Part shown: positions 10,767 to 19,961 of the stretch, piece after piece
How the letters are laid out: every line of letters starts with the position of its first letter
Numbering within the stretch: the first letter of the stretch is position 1
Origin: Saprospiraceae bacterium
GTDB taxonomy: Bacteria; Bacteroidota; Bacteroidia; Chitinophagales; Saprospiraceae
Assembly (NCBI GenBank): GCA_020631105.1
Contig: JAHDHW010000005.1
Location: forward strand, 26,926 to 90,925
DNA: 64,000 nucleotides
Reading direction: 5' to 3'
Translations under genes and position numbers: made by a program
Notes under the pieces: model-generated
What the model was told of the DNA's origin: nothing
What the model saw: only the letters and a program-made list of their open reading frames with translations
The model's database searches: none

Positions 10767-13700
10767 ATGAAGTCCCTGAACCTTTATTTCTTTCTACTAA
10801 TTCTTGTGATTGGAGGGTCATGCCCTTTTCAAAACAATGAGGTGTTCTCTAAGAGTTTATCTGGACACCTATTTGCCATGAGTTGTCCTAATACATGTCA
10901 GCTTACAGATTCTCTGGCATTAGTCGCCTTATATAATTCTACAAATGGTCCAACCTGGACGAATACCTGGAACCTCAGCACACCTGTATGCTCCTGGACA
11001 GGGGTTACTTTAGATAATAATGGTTTCGTCAATGTGCTCAATCTTAATGCAAATAACTTAGGAGGCACCCTACCCAACGAAGTTGGAGATTTTAGTCGTC
11101 TAGAAAGTATTCGGGTAGATAATAATAACATCGGTGGATCAATCCCTAATAGCATAGGTAACTTATCTTTACTAGAAATAGCCTTTCTCGACAACAACAA
11201 CTTTACCGGAAGTATTCCTGAGACGATGGGCAACCTTAGTAATCTAATAACTGTCTTCTTAGATAATAATGAACTTAGTGGAACGCTCCCTGCCACTTTC
11301 AACAATCTGACTGGTTTAACCGAACTCCATATTAATAGCAATAATATTGATAGTCTACCGGACTTAAGCGGTATGACTGCTCTGCAAATTCAAAATAAAC
11401 GGTTTAGGATTAAGGACAACGAATTGACTTTTGATGATATCATAGTACAAGGTCCTTCTGCCGTCAATATGCATTATGACCCTCAAGATTCTGTTTTCAC
11501 AGAAATGAATGTTACTATAGCAACTGGGACGAGCTACACTATAGATCTGGGTTTTGATAGTGGAGTAAGCACCAATATATATCAATGGTATAAAGATGGA
11601 TTACCATTTGGCGCTCCACTAACGACAAACAAACTAACCTTTGATCCAGTTGTCTTCGCACATGCTGGAGAGTATCGATGCCAGGTCACCAATACTGATT
11701 TCACTCAACTGACCTTACATACTCGTCCGGTGACCATTAATGTCATCTGTGGCACCAGTGTCCTGAATGTTGATGAAACATTATGTGAAGGGGACTTCAG
11801 AATATATAATGGTGTCACTTATGATGTTCTAAATCCAACAGGAACAGAAGACTTAACAGGTGCAGATCAATATGGCTGTGATTCAAGTATTGTGATCAAT
11901 CTTAGTTTTCAACCAGAGAACATTGTCAACATAAACGATACAGTATGTCCTGAGGATACAATTTTTGTAGGAGGCGTAGCCTATCACACTAACAATCCTT
12001 CAGGAACTGAAGTGTTCACTACGGGTGATCAATTTGGATGTGACTCAACGGTCATCATTGACCTTAGTTTTTACCCTACTCCCGCTGAAGGAATTATTAG
12101 CCAAACGATTTGCCCTGGTGATAGCTTACTGGTAAATGGTGTCTACCTGACAGCCAACAATCCTGATTCTATATTTCATTTAGATAATGCCTCCTTTAAC
12201 GGATGCGATTCTATCGTTAATGCAAGTATTAATTTTTATCCCATAGCTATGGGAAGTGAAACGATTAATCTTTGTACCGGAGGAGAAATAAATATTAATG
12301 GAATCATCTTCAACGCTAGTAATACCAATGACATAGTATTATTTGAAAACGGTTCTCAAAACGGATGCGATTCTACCTCTAATATTAGCATCAACTTTAT
12401 CCCACCGTCTACTAACAATATTAACTCAACACTTTGTACCGGACAAAGTATCTTAGTAAACGGAGTTACTTATGATGAATTAAATCCTGTAGGAACCGAA
12501 ATACTCTCTGGTCAGAATTACCTTGGCTGTGACTCTATAGTAAACATCAACTTGAGCTTCAACAGCACCGTTCAGGAAGATATTACTGAAACGTTTTGCC
12601 CGGGCTCATCTATTATCGTAAACGGAGAAACTTATGACGAATTAAACCCCGTTGGAACCGAAACGCTAATTGCCGGAAGTATAAACGGCTGTGACTCGAT
12701 TATAAATATTAATCTTTCTTTCTTCCCAGAAGCAACAGGAATTGAGAATAGTACTTTGTGCCCTGGTCAATCTATCACTGTTAACGGCGAAGTGTATAAC
12801 GAAAGTAACCCTAGTGGTACAGAAGTTATCACCAATGGAAGTTTCACAGGTTGTGACTCTACTGTGACGATTGATTTATCTTTCTCTATAAGTTTCGTAG
12901 AAACTATAGATGACTTATTATGCCCTGGTGAATTCATCACCGTCAATGGTGAAGTATATAACGAAAGTAACCCCAGCGGTACTGAAGTATTTACAAGCGG
13001 TAGTGCTACGGGTTGTGACTCAACAATAATCATTGATCTGACTTTTGCTCCACCAGCCGTCAACACCATAGATGATTTATTATGTCCTGGTGAGTTTATC
13101 ACCGTGAATAGTGAGATATATGATCAAAGCAACCCGAATGGTACAGAAGTGATTCCAAATGGCAGTTTCACAGGTTGTGATTCCACCATAATTATAAACT
13201 TAAGTTTCTACACTCCGGTAAGTTCCAGTATGACCACTGTCCTTTGCCCCGGAGAAAGTATAATAGTCAATGGGATCACATATAACGAAGACAATCCAAA
13301 CGGAACAGAGACTTTAACAAATGGTAGTATAACAGGATGCGATAGTACCGTTGTAATTGATTTAGAGTTTCACCCACCTGCTATCGAAGACTTGACACTT
13401 ACTATTTGTCCGGAAGACACGATTTATGTTGGATCAATAGCTTACCACGCAGGAATCCCTACTGGCACTACAGTGTTGCCTAATGCCTCACTTACCGGAT
13501 GTGACTCTACTGTCAATGTTGATCTTTCATTCTTTGAGCCTGCTGTCGGAGAACTTATCCAAACGCTTTGTCCCGAACAAGCAGTCTTTATCAACGGAAC
13601 AATCTATAATGAGAGTAACCCCTTCGGTATAGAAGAATTTCCAAATGCTACTGCAAATGGTTGCGATTCGGTTTTAGTTATCAACTTAACTTTTAACAAC

Positions 13701-16139
13701 ATCCCAGAATTTACCATCGATTCTATACTTTGCCCAGGAGAAAACATCACCATTAATGGCGTCATCTATGACCAGGACAATCCAACAGGAGTTCAATTCT
13801 TTGAAAACGAAGCAGCGAACGGCTGTGACTCTACGGTATTCATTAATCTAAGTTATCATAGTTCGTTTCCGACTTTAGTAGAGACCACTCTTTGCCCAGG
13901 AGACAGTATCATTGTTAATGGAACGACATACAACTTTTTTAACCCTAGTGGATTCGAAACACTGCCTGGCGCAAGTTATACCGGATGCGATTCTTTAGTC
14001 GAAATAAATGTTCTGTTTTTTGATGCACCATCTTCAACGGTTGCTACAACACTTTGCGCCGATGAAGAGATGATCATCAATGGAGTAACTTATGATATCA
14101 ACAATCCGAACGGAACCGAAATGTTCTCGGGAAGTAGTACTAATGGTTGTGACTCGGTTGTTTTAATTGACTTAACCTTTTTAACACCTCCAACTAATAA
14201 CATTATCCAGACCCTATGCCCCGGCGAGAGTCTGTTCATTAATAATACAACCTACGACCAAAGTAATCCAAGCGGAACTGAAGTCATAGAAAATGCGGCA
14301 GCTAATGGATGTGATTCCACGATTATTATTGACCTGAGTTTCTCACCTGCGGTCAATGGATCTCTAAATACTTCAATTTGCGTTGGTGATACTATATTCA
14401 TAAATGGGACGGCTTATCATGAAGGCAATTCTACGGGTTCAGAATTATTTCCTAATGCGGCTGTCAACGGATGTGATTCTACTCTCATAATAGATTTGGA
14501 TGTATTACAAATATCCTCTGGTATTTTTTCGAGTACAATCTGTCCAGGAGACACTATACTAATAAATGGTGAAGCTTTTCATGCTGGTAACTCGACGGGA
14601 ACTCAAATATTAGAGAATGCAGCCTTTAACGGATGTGATAGTATTATAGAGGTAAGCATTGATTTCTACCCTATTCCTACTGGTGATTTCAATACAACAA
14701 TTTGCTTAGGAGATACATTATTCTTCAATGGAACTGCCTATCACCAAGCGAATACGAGTGGTTCAGAAGTCCTCCCTAATTCAAGTATAAACGGATGTGA
14801 TAGTATCGTTGAAGTCAATATAGATTTTCATGCCGTTTCTACCGGAGATCTTATTACCACAATTTGTCCGGGTGATACTTTGTTCTATAATGGCACTGCT
14901 TACCATGAGAATAATTCTTCCGGTAGTGAAATACTATCTGGCACCTCAATTACTGGTTGTGATTCAACCGTTTCTGTCCAGGTCAATTTCTACCCTGCCA
15001 GCGCTTCAACTTTCGCACCATCATTATGCAATAATGAAACGGTGATGATTAATGGTAATATTTATGATCAAGATAATCCGTCAGGTACAGAGATATTACA
15101 AAGTGCTAATGGCTGCGACTCTACCATAAACATTGACATCAACTTTATAAGCGCGGTTACTTTTGATACTTCCGCAATCATTTGCCAAGGAGAAGTATTC
15201 TTACTCGCTGATCAAACCTTCTCTGAATCGGGGTCCTATGACATCACTCTGGAGAGTGCATCTGCTACAGGTTGTGATAGTATTATACAAGTTGCACTGG
15301 AAGTACAAACAGTTGCATCTTTAGGTGCTGCCCAACTAGGAGATGACATTATCCAATGCGATCAGGATATCAACTTAAATGCCAATCAACCAGAAGGGAC
15401 CACCGGAATGTGGACGAGCCTTGACGAAATGAATATTTCCAATCCACATGATAATACGCTGCAACTGTCTAATCTTGCTCCAGGGTGGAATACCTTTATT
15501 TGGACATTGAGCTCAGACCAATGTATCAATTATGACAGTGATACTATTGCTGTTTTGATTGCAGATATCCCACAGGCAAATGATGATAGCTACATCTTAA
15601 ATGTAGAAGATAATATATTAGAATTTGACCTGTTCGAAAATGATATCATTGACAATGTTGATGCATTTATTTTTGAATTAACGAGTAACCCGCAAAGAGG
15701 CCAATTAACTTTAGTAGAAGAAGGTATCTATACTTATCCTCGTCTCGACATTCGTGAAGATCAGGTTACTTTCGATTATTTACTTTGTAATGAAGACTGC
15801 CCTGACCTATGTGATTCAGCCACGGTTACTATTAATATCGCTGCACAAAGTATTGAAGATTTAGATATCCCAAATGCGATTACTCCTAATGGTGATGATG
15901 TCAATGAATTTTTCATGTTTCCTCAACTCGAATATTTCCCGGATCAATATCCTGACAAAGAATTAATTATCTTTAATCGCTGGGGAGATATTGTATACGA
16001 AGCGAAGCCTTATCTAAATGACTGGTATGGTCAGGATAAATCAGGAAAAGCTTTACCTCAGGGGACTTATTATTATGTCCTTCGACTTGACATCAATAAT
16101 GCAGTTATTTTAAAAGGAGATGTTTCTATCTTGAAGTAA
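10767..16139 (+). CDS. Giant T9SS type B (gliding-motility-associated C-terminal domain) surface protein: plant-type LRR head, Ig-like domain, 22 two-Cys repeats
   Basis: ATG at 10767 (the track uses TTG at 10764). Signal peptide, then 24-residue LRRs (LxxLxLxxNNxxGxIPxxxGNL), an Ig-like segment (YQWYKDG...AGEYRCQVTN) and 22 repeats. The C-terminus ITPNGDDVNEFF...IIFNRWGDIVYE...LPQGTYYYVL is the CHU_C/type B sorting domain. Confidence 0.9.
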   Translation: MKSLNLYFFLLILVIGGSCPFQNNEVFSKSLSGHLFAMSCPNTCQLTDSLALVALYNSTNGPTWTNTWNLSTPVCSWTGVTLDNNGFVNVLNLNANNLGGTLPNEVGDFSRLESIRVDNNNIGGSIPNSIGNLSLLEIAFLDNNNFTGSIPETMGNLSNLITVFLDNNELSGTLPATFNNLTGLTELHINSNNIDSLPDLSGMTALQIQNKRFRIKDNELTFDDIIVQGPSAVNMHYDPQDSVFTEMNVTIATGTSYTIDLGFDSGVSTNIYQWYKDGLPFGAPLTTNKLTFDPVVFAHAGEYRCQVTNTDFTQLTLHTRPVTINVICGTSVLNVDETLCEGDFRIYNGVTYDVLNPTGTEDLTGADQYGCDSSIVINLSFQPENIVNINDTVCPEDTIFVGGVAYHTNNPSGTEVFTTGDQFGCDSTVIIDLSFYPTPAEGIISQTICPGDSLLVNGVYLTANNPDSIFHLDNASFNGCDSIVNASINFYPIAMGSETINLCTGGEININGIIFNASNTNDIVLFENGSQNGCDSTSNISINFIPPSTNNINSTLCTGQSILVNGVTYDELNPVGTEILSGQNYLGCDSIVNINLSFNSTVQEDITETFCPGSSIIVNGETYDELNPVGTETLIAGSINGCDSIININLSFFPEATGIENSTLCPGQSITVNGEVYNESNPSGTEVITNGSFTGCDSTVTIDLSFSISFVETIDDLLCPGEFITVNGEVYNESNPSGTEVFTSGSATGCDSTIIIDLTFAPPAVNTIDDLLCPGEFITVNSEIYDQSNPNGTEVIPNGSFTGCDSTIIINLSFYTPVSSSMTTVLCPGESIIVNGITYNEDNPNGTETLTNGSITGCDSTVVIDLEFHPPAIEDLTLTICPEDTIYVGSIAYHAGIPTGTTVLPNASLTGCDSTVNVDLSFFEPAVGELIQTLCPEQAVFINGTIYNESNPFGIEEFPNATANGCDSVLVINLTFNNIPEFTIDSILCPGENITINGVIYDQDNPTGVQFFENEAANGCDSTVFINLSYHSSFPTLVETTLCPGDSIIVNGTTYNFFNPSGFETLPGASYTGCDSLVEINVLFFDAPSSTVATTLCADEEMIINGVTYDINNPNGTEMFSGSSTNGCDSVVLIDLTFLTPPTNNIIQTLCPGESLFINNTTYDQSNPSGTEVIENAAANGCDSTIIIDLSFSPAVNGSLNTSICVGDTIFINGTAYHEGNSTGSELFPNAAVNGCDSTLIIDLDVLQISSGIFSSTICPGDTILINGEAFHAGNSTGTQILENAAFNGCDSIIEVSIDFYPIPTGDFNTTICLGDTLFFNGTAYHQANTSGSEVLPNSSINGCDSIVEVNIDFHAVSTGDLITTICPGDTLFYNGTAYHENNSSGSEILSGTSITGCDSTVSVQVNFYPASASTFAPSLCNNETVMINGNIYDQDNPSGTEILQSANGCDSTINIDINFISAVTFDTSAIICQGEVFLLADQTFSESGSYDITLESASATGCDSIIQVALEVQTVASLGAAQLGDDIIQCDQDINLNANQPEGTTGMWTSLDEMNISNPHDNTLQLSNLAPGWNTFIWTLSSDQCINYDSDTIAVLIADIPQANDDSYILNVEDNILEFDLFENDIIDNVDAFIFELTSNPQRGQLTLVEEGIYTYPRLDIREDQVTFDYLLCNEDCPDLCDSATVTINIAAQSIEDLDIPNAITPNGDDVNEFFMFPQLEYFPDQYPDKELIIFNRWGDIVYEAKPYLNDWYGQDKSGKALPQGTYYYVLRLDINNAVILKGDVSILK
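11784..15305 (+). repeat. 22 in-frame tandem repeats, period ~54 aa (162 nt), consensus C-P-G-[DE]-x-I-x-[VI]-N-G-x-x-Y-x-x-x-N-P-S-G-T-E-x(8)-G-C-D-S-x-[VI]-x-I-[DN]-L-x-F
   Basis: Counted directly in the translation. The first Cys codons of units 7, 8 and 9 lie at 12759, 12921 and 13083, exactly 162 nt apart. The central units are the most similar at the DNA level. Confidence 0.9.
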
Positions 16140-16235
16140 TTTTGAAAGTAGTCCAAAAGACAATAGAATGACTTTGGCTTAGACATTTACATCTATCTCC
16201 CCCCTTGACTGTTTCTTTGTTTATTATTCCATACA

Positions 16236-17792
16236 ATGAAAAGAGTTCTATTTAGTTTGATGAGTATTTGCTTTTCAGCAGTAATGCTTTTGGGGCAGGA
16301 TACTTTTTTTGAGGATGCGGATATCTTTTTCAAAAAATACGTTCGGAATGGGCTAGTCGATTATAGCGCCATTCAGGCACAACCGGAATCACTAGAGCAA
16401 TTGGCGCGTTCTATCAGCGACTACGAATTAAATGAGCGATCAGCGAATTATAAAAAAGCCTTTTGGATCAACACCTACAATATTCTTACGATCCATAAAA
16501 TAATTCAATATTATCCCACTACTTCTCCATTACAAATTAAAAACTTCTTTGAAGGACCAGACCGACGTGCCAATGGAAAAGATTATAGCTTAAACCAAAT
16601 AGAGCAATTACATCTTCTCGAAGTTGAAGAAAATCCTGACCTTCACTTTGTATTGGTTTGTGCAGCTATTGACTGCCCCAAATTGCTTCGTGGAGCGTAT
16701 TTCCCTGAAACGGTTGATGAACAAATAACTGCGCAAGTAAAAGCGGTCCTCAATGACCCCAAGTTTGTAAAAATCGAACGGAGCGAAACCCTCATTCTCC
16801 TATCTGAGATATTTAGATGGTATCATGAAGATTTCAATAAAGGGGACTCGAGTATTCGGAAGTACATTAATAATTACCGCCGTGTACCATTACCCAAAGA
16901 TTACAAGATCAAATTTTATGACTATGACTGGAGCCTAAATGATGTAAAGAACACTCGAATCATTCCATTTAGGGCAAGTGCATTATTAGCTCCGGGAGTT
17001 ACAGAGGTGAAAATTTTTAATTCCTTGTATACTCAAACTACTAACGACGGATTCGATCATCCAAATAGTCGGGGATCTTTTTTCTCCTCCTTTACTCAGG
17101 TCTTATACGGCTGGAAAAACAATTTAAATATTGGATTCGACTTTGTCTATAAGTCCAATGTAACGAATGACTTTGCGGGTGCTTCTCCTTTCAAAACTTT
17201 ACAATTTCAAAAAAGCTGGACTTACCAAACCTTTGACTGCAATAGCCAGGGGGTCAACATTAGCGACTTATCAGGATGCAGGTTAGACGCTGTTCCAGAC
17301 CGCCGGGATACCTTACACCATGCAGATGGTGGTTCGATGCAAACTCATCAGGATATTGGTCTATCTCACTTTGGTCCGAAAATCAAGTTTAGCCCTATCA
17401 AAAAATGGTCAAACTTATCCCTTCAACAGACCCTGTACATTCCTATACAAAAAGCGGTAGATGGTTCTACTGTTTCTTTTACACAATTATTTTATGACAA
17501 ACCAATTGGTACCAAGTCTCAACTATTCGTTGAAGGAAGTCTCTGGATGATTGTTCAACCTGACTTTCGTCCTTTCCCCTTCATTAAAGCTTTTTACAGT
17601 TATTTCCCTACCAAAAAATGGACAGTTTACGGCATGGCCGCTAACCTCGTTGAATACGGAGCAGGCATGAAATATTTCATTCTACCTCAGTTAGAAATAG
17701 AATTATTGTATACCTACTATTTACCATGGGAAGCAGTCATGCAGGACAGAAGAGCGATGACATTCAACTTTGGGATTAGATATCAGGGATAA
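16236..17792 (+). CDS. DUF547 domain protein with a C-terminal predicted outer-membrane beta-barrel-like half
   Basis: Signal peptide MKRVLFSLMSICFSAVMLLGQ. DUF547-type motif KKAFWINTYNILTIHKII...HFVLVCAAIDCPKL. The C-terminal ~270 aa show alternating hydrophobic strands and end in FNFGIRYQG. Confidence 0.75.
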   Translation: MKRVLFSLMSICFSAVMLLGQDTFFEDADIFFKKYVRNGLVDYSAIQAQPESLEQLARSISDYELNERSANYKKAFWINTYNILTIHKIIQYYPTTSPLQIKNFFEGPDRRANGKDYSLNQIEQLHLLEVEENPDLHFVLVCAAIDCPKLLRGAYFPETVDEQITAQVKAVLNDPKFVKIERSETLILLSEIFRWYHEDFNKGDSSIRKYINNYRRVPLPKDYKIKFYDYDWSLNDVKNTRIIPFRASALLAPGVTEVKIFNSLYTQTTNDGFDHPNSRGSFFSSFTQVLYGWKNNLNIGFDFVYKSNVTNDFAGASPFKTLQFQKSWTYQTFDCNSQGVNISDLSGCRLDAVPDRRDTLHHADGGSMQTHQDIGLSHFGPKIKFSPIKKWSNLSLQQTLYIPIQKAVDGSTVSFTQLFYDKPIGTKSQLFVEGSLWMIVQPDFRPFPFIKAFYSYFPTKKWTVYGMAANLVEYGAGMKYFILPQLEIELLYTYYLPWEAVMQDRRAMTFNFGIRYQG

Positions 17793-17943
17793 AAAAATCC
17801 CTCCTGCTTTTGCAGAAGGGATGTACATTCCTGAATAATCTATGAGAATCTCTAAACTTACGAATCTGTGGGCCTTTCGGCCAATTTCAAACTACACTTA
17901 TCAATCATCACTATTTATATTTAGACGCTAAAAAGCGTAAAAA

Positions 17944-18252
17944 TCAAATAGTAACAGTGGGGGCACTTTTGGGATATGCACCTGACGAACCTTCCGTTCC
18001 TGCCAAGAGGTCTGAGAAGGGTTTCTCCATTGGAGAATAAACAGCTTCGTAAAAATTCTTACATGCTGTCATGGGATTGAGTTGTTGATATTTGGACCAG
18101 CAACAACGATCGGTAACGTCTTCCACTGTTACACAAAAAGGGACTAAATCAGAGAAATAATACTCTTTCTCCGATACATCGGTATTAATATAAGAATGCT
18201 GATTCTTAGACGTGGTACAATCAAAAAAAGTCTGTTGTACGTTTTTATTCAT
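17944..18252 (-). CDS. Hypothetical Cys-containing 102-aa protein (orphan ORF in a 0.93-kb gap)
   Basis: It is the only ORF of at least 60 aa in the 17793-18721 gap. No signal peptide and no recognisable motif; six Cys residues. Coding status is uncertain. Confidence 0.35.
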   Translation of the reverse strand: MNKNVQQTFFDCTTSKNQHSYINTDVSEKEYYFSDLVPFCVTVEDVTDRCCWSKYQQLNPMTACKNFYEAVYSPMEKPFSDLLAGTEGSSGAYPKSAPTVTI

Positions 18253-18500
18253 GGGATTACAATCAGTCGTTATATAATTAAAACCGAAACAAATCGGACT
18301 AAAATCAACGAGTGTTCATAGGTGTATCGCAGTAAATATAAAAATACTACTGAACTACCTTAACCAGACTTTTCTAAAGGAAAAATGGGTTGGGCAAACG
18401 GAATTTGCCGGGAGGGTTAAAGTATTCATGGGATGTAAAATTTTCGGTTACTGGGAAATAATGTTCACGGTTCAAAGATACAGTCAAATTCAAATCTCCA

Positions 18501-18524
18501 AATACCCTAAATAGGGTATTTTTT
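18501..18524 (+). terminator. Orphan terminator-like hairpin
   Basis: AATACCCT-AAAT-AGGGTATT (8-bp stem) followed by TTTT. No annotated plus-strand gene ends upstream of it. Confidence 0.3.
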
Positions 18525-18721
18525 ATATTTGCTAAAAAATAATAACCAATTTATCCTACACAACAAACTGAATAACAATCATTTACCAGTGATTTCTCAA
18601 TCGCATTTATTTTCGAAAAATATTGTATTTAAAGGCAATATTTTTTTAAAAGTGTAGTCTTTTTTGCAAAAAATGGTTTATTTGAGCATTTTTCATCTTA
18701 GTCCCAATCAAGAAAATTCAT

Positions 18722-19678
18722 CTAATATTCGAAGGTATAAACTACATTAAACTCATGTGTACTTCCTACATCCGGGCCAAAAGAACTGAAGCTATAATCG
18801 TAGCCATATCCAATTTTTAAGTTGCTATCCTCAGAGAGAAAATCTGCGGCGATATATCCAAACTCCAGGTGAAAATTTCCTGCCGTAGAAAGACCGGTCC
18901 CCAACCAAAAATTAGTTTGCATTTGGTAGCGTAAATTAAAATCAACATTCACAGGGACGTTAGGTGCATACTTAATCCAGACTGAGGGTTCTAAGAAACT
19001 ATCTCCTTCCAGATATACAAACATCCCCATTTGTCCATAAAAATGTTGTACCCTTTCGGTAGAAAAGGCCCCGGTATCATCCTTAAACTCTAAGTCTAAT
19101 CCAAAAACCTGAGGAATAGATAAACCAAAGTATACATGGTTCCCATCCAAAAAGCCACCATCAAGTTGTCGATAAAAATATGCCCCCAGTGCCACATCCG
19201 GGTATAATCGAGCCTGATTATCCATCGTAAGAATATCATTATGCTCTCTCAGCTTTATTTCATTTACATCTACACGATATTGTACTGCGCCGACACTAAG
19301 CCCAAAAGATAATCCTCCATAGTATGGATCATCGGTAATAATTCCGGCCAAACGACCGTAAGCTCCGGTAAATCCGACTGGTCCTGTTTGGTCATTCATC
19401 AAATAACCTCCGGCAATCCAACCAAAACTTCCTCTTTGCGCATGCATATATTGGCCTTGTACGACCTGAGTGGTTGGAGCAGATTCAATTCCTACCCATT
19501 GACGGCGATACGATCCACTAAAGGCAACATTATATTCATTGGTAAAATAGTCGCTGTGCACTGCTGCAGGATTTAGGATACCTGCCTGTTCACGATACTG
19601 TGTAAATAAAGGAAGATGCTGAGCACCCAGCCATTCCGTGCAGCTTAAGAGTATTAAAAAGAGTAGATATTTTTTCAT
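18722..19678 (-). CDS. PorP/SprF family type IX secretion system outer-membrane protein
   Basis: 318 aa. Signal peptide, then the family-typical N-terminus QHLPLFTQYREQAGILNPAAV. The sequence is beta-strand rich throughout. It is located among type B CTD cargo genes. Confidence 0.8.
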   Translation of the reverse strand: MKKYLLFLILLSCTEWLGAQHLPLFTQYREQAGILNPAAVHSDYFTNEYNVAFSGSYRRQWVGIESAPTTQVVQGQYMHAQRGSFGWIAGGYLMNDQTGPVGFTGAYGRLAGIITDDPYYGGLSFGLSVGAVQYRVDVNEIKLREHNDILTMDNQARLYPDVALGAYFYRQLDGGFLDGNHVYFGLSIPQVFGLDLEFKDDTGAFSTERVQHFYGQMGMFVYLEGDSFLEPSVWIKYAPNVPVNVDFNLRYQMQTNFWLGTGLSTAGNFHLEFGYIAADFLSEDSNLKIGYGYDYSFSSFGPDVGSTHEFNVVYTFEY

Positions 19679-19931
19679 CTAGGTGTTGTTCATGGAATTC
19701 CAAAGCACTATAAGCTTACACTATTACCATATAGCAATAATAATGCGCTTTTTGATCGCTTAAATAAAACATCAATAATTCAAGAAGGAATCGCAATGAG
19801 GGAAGGCGAACTCCAATGTTGGTGCAATCAGGAGTTGATGACGAATGTCATCTATAAAACGGTGATCGGGAATACAAAGATAGGTATTTGTGAGAAGACA
19901 TGCCAGTAATCATTAGATTCCTGCTATAAAT

Positions 19932-19961
19932 AAAAAATCTCTCCTTGCAAGCAAGGAGAGA
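19932..19961 (-). terminator. Orphan canonical intrinsic terminator (minus strand) upstream of the PorP/SprF promoter region
   Basis: 10-bp stem TCTCTCCTTG/CAAGGAGAGA (19938-19947 / 19952-19961) with a 4-nt loop. On the minus strand it is followed by TTTTTTATTTAT. No ORF of at least 60 aa lies upstream of it on that strand. Confidence 0.6.

Noticed and set aside
10898-13102. Minus-strand ORFs 10898-11341 (147 aa), 11364-11585 and 12767-13102 (111 aa)
   Set aside because: They are antisense to the LRR and repeat regions of the 1791-aa gene. The 12767-13102 ORF is itself internally repetitive only because it mirrors repeats 7-9. Judged spurious.
11784-15305. Regular 162-nt periodic repeats that could superficially suggest a CRISPR-like or satellite array
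   Set aside because: The repeats are in-frame, contiguous with no unique spacers, and lie inside one long ORF with conserved amino-acid positions. This is a protein repeat array, not a CRISPR array.
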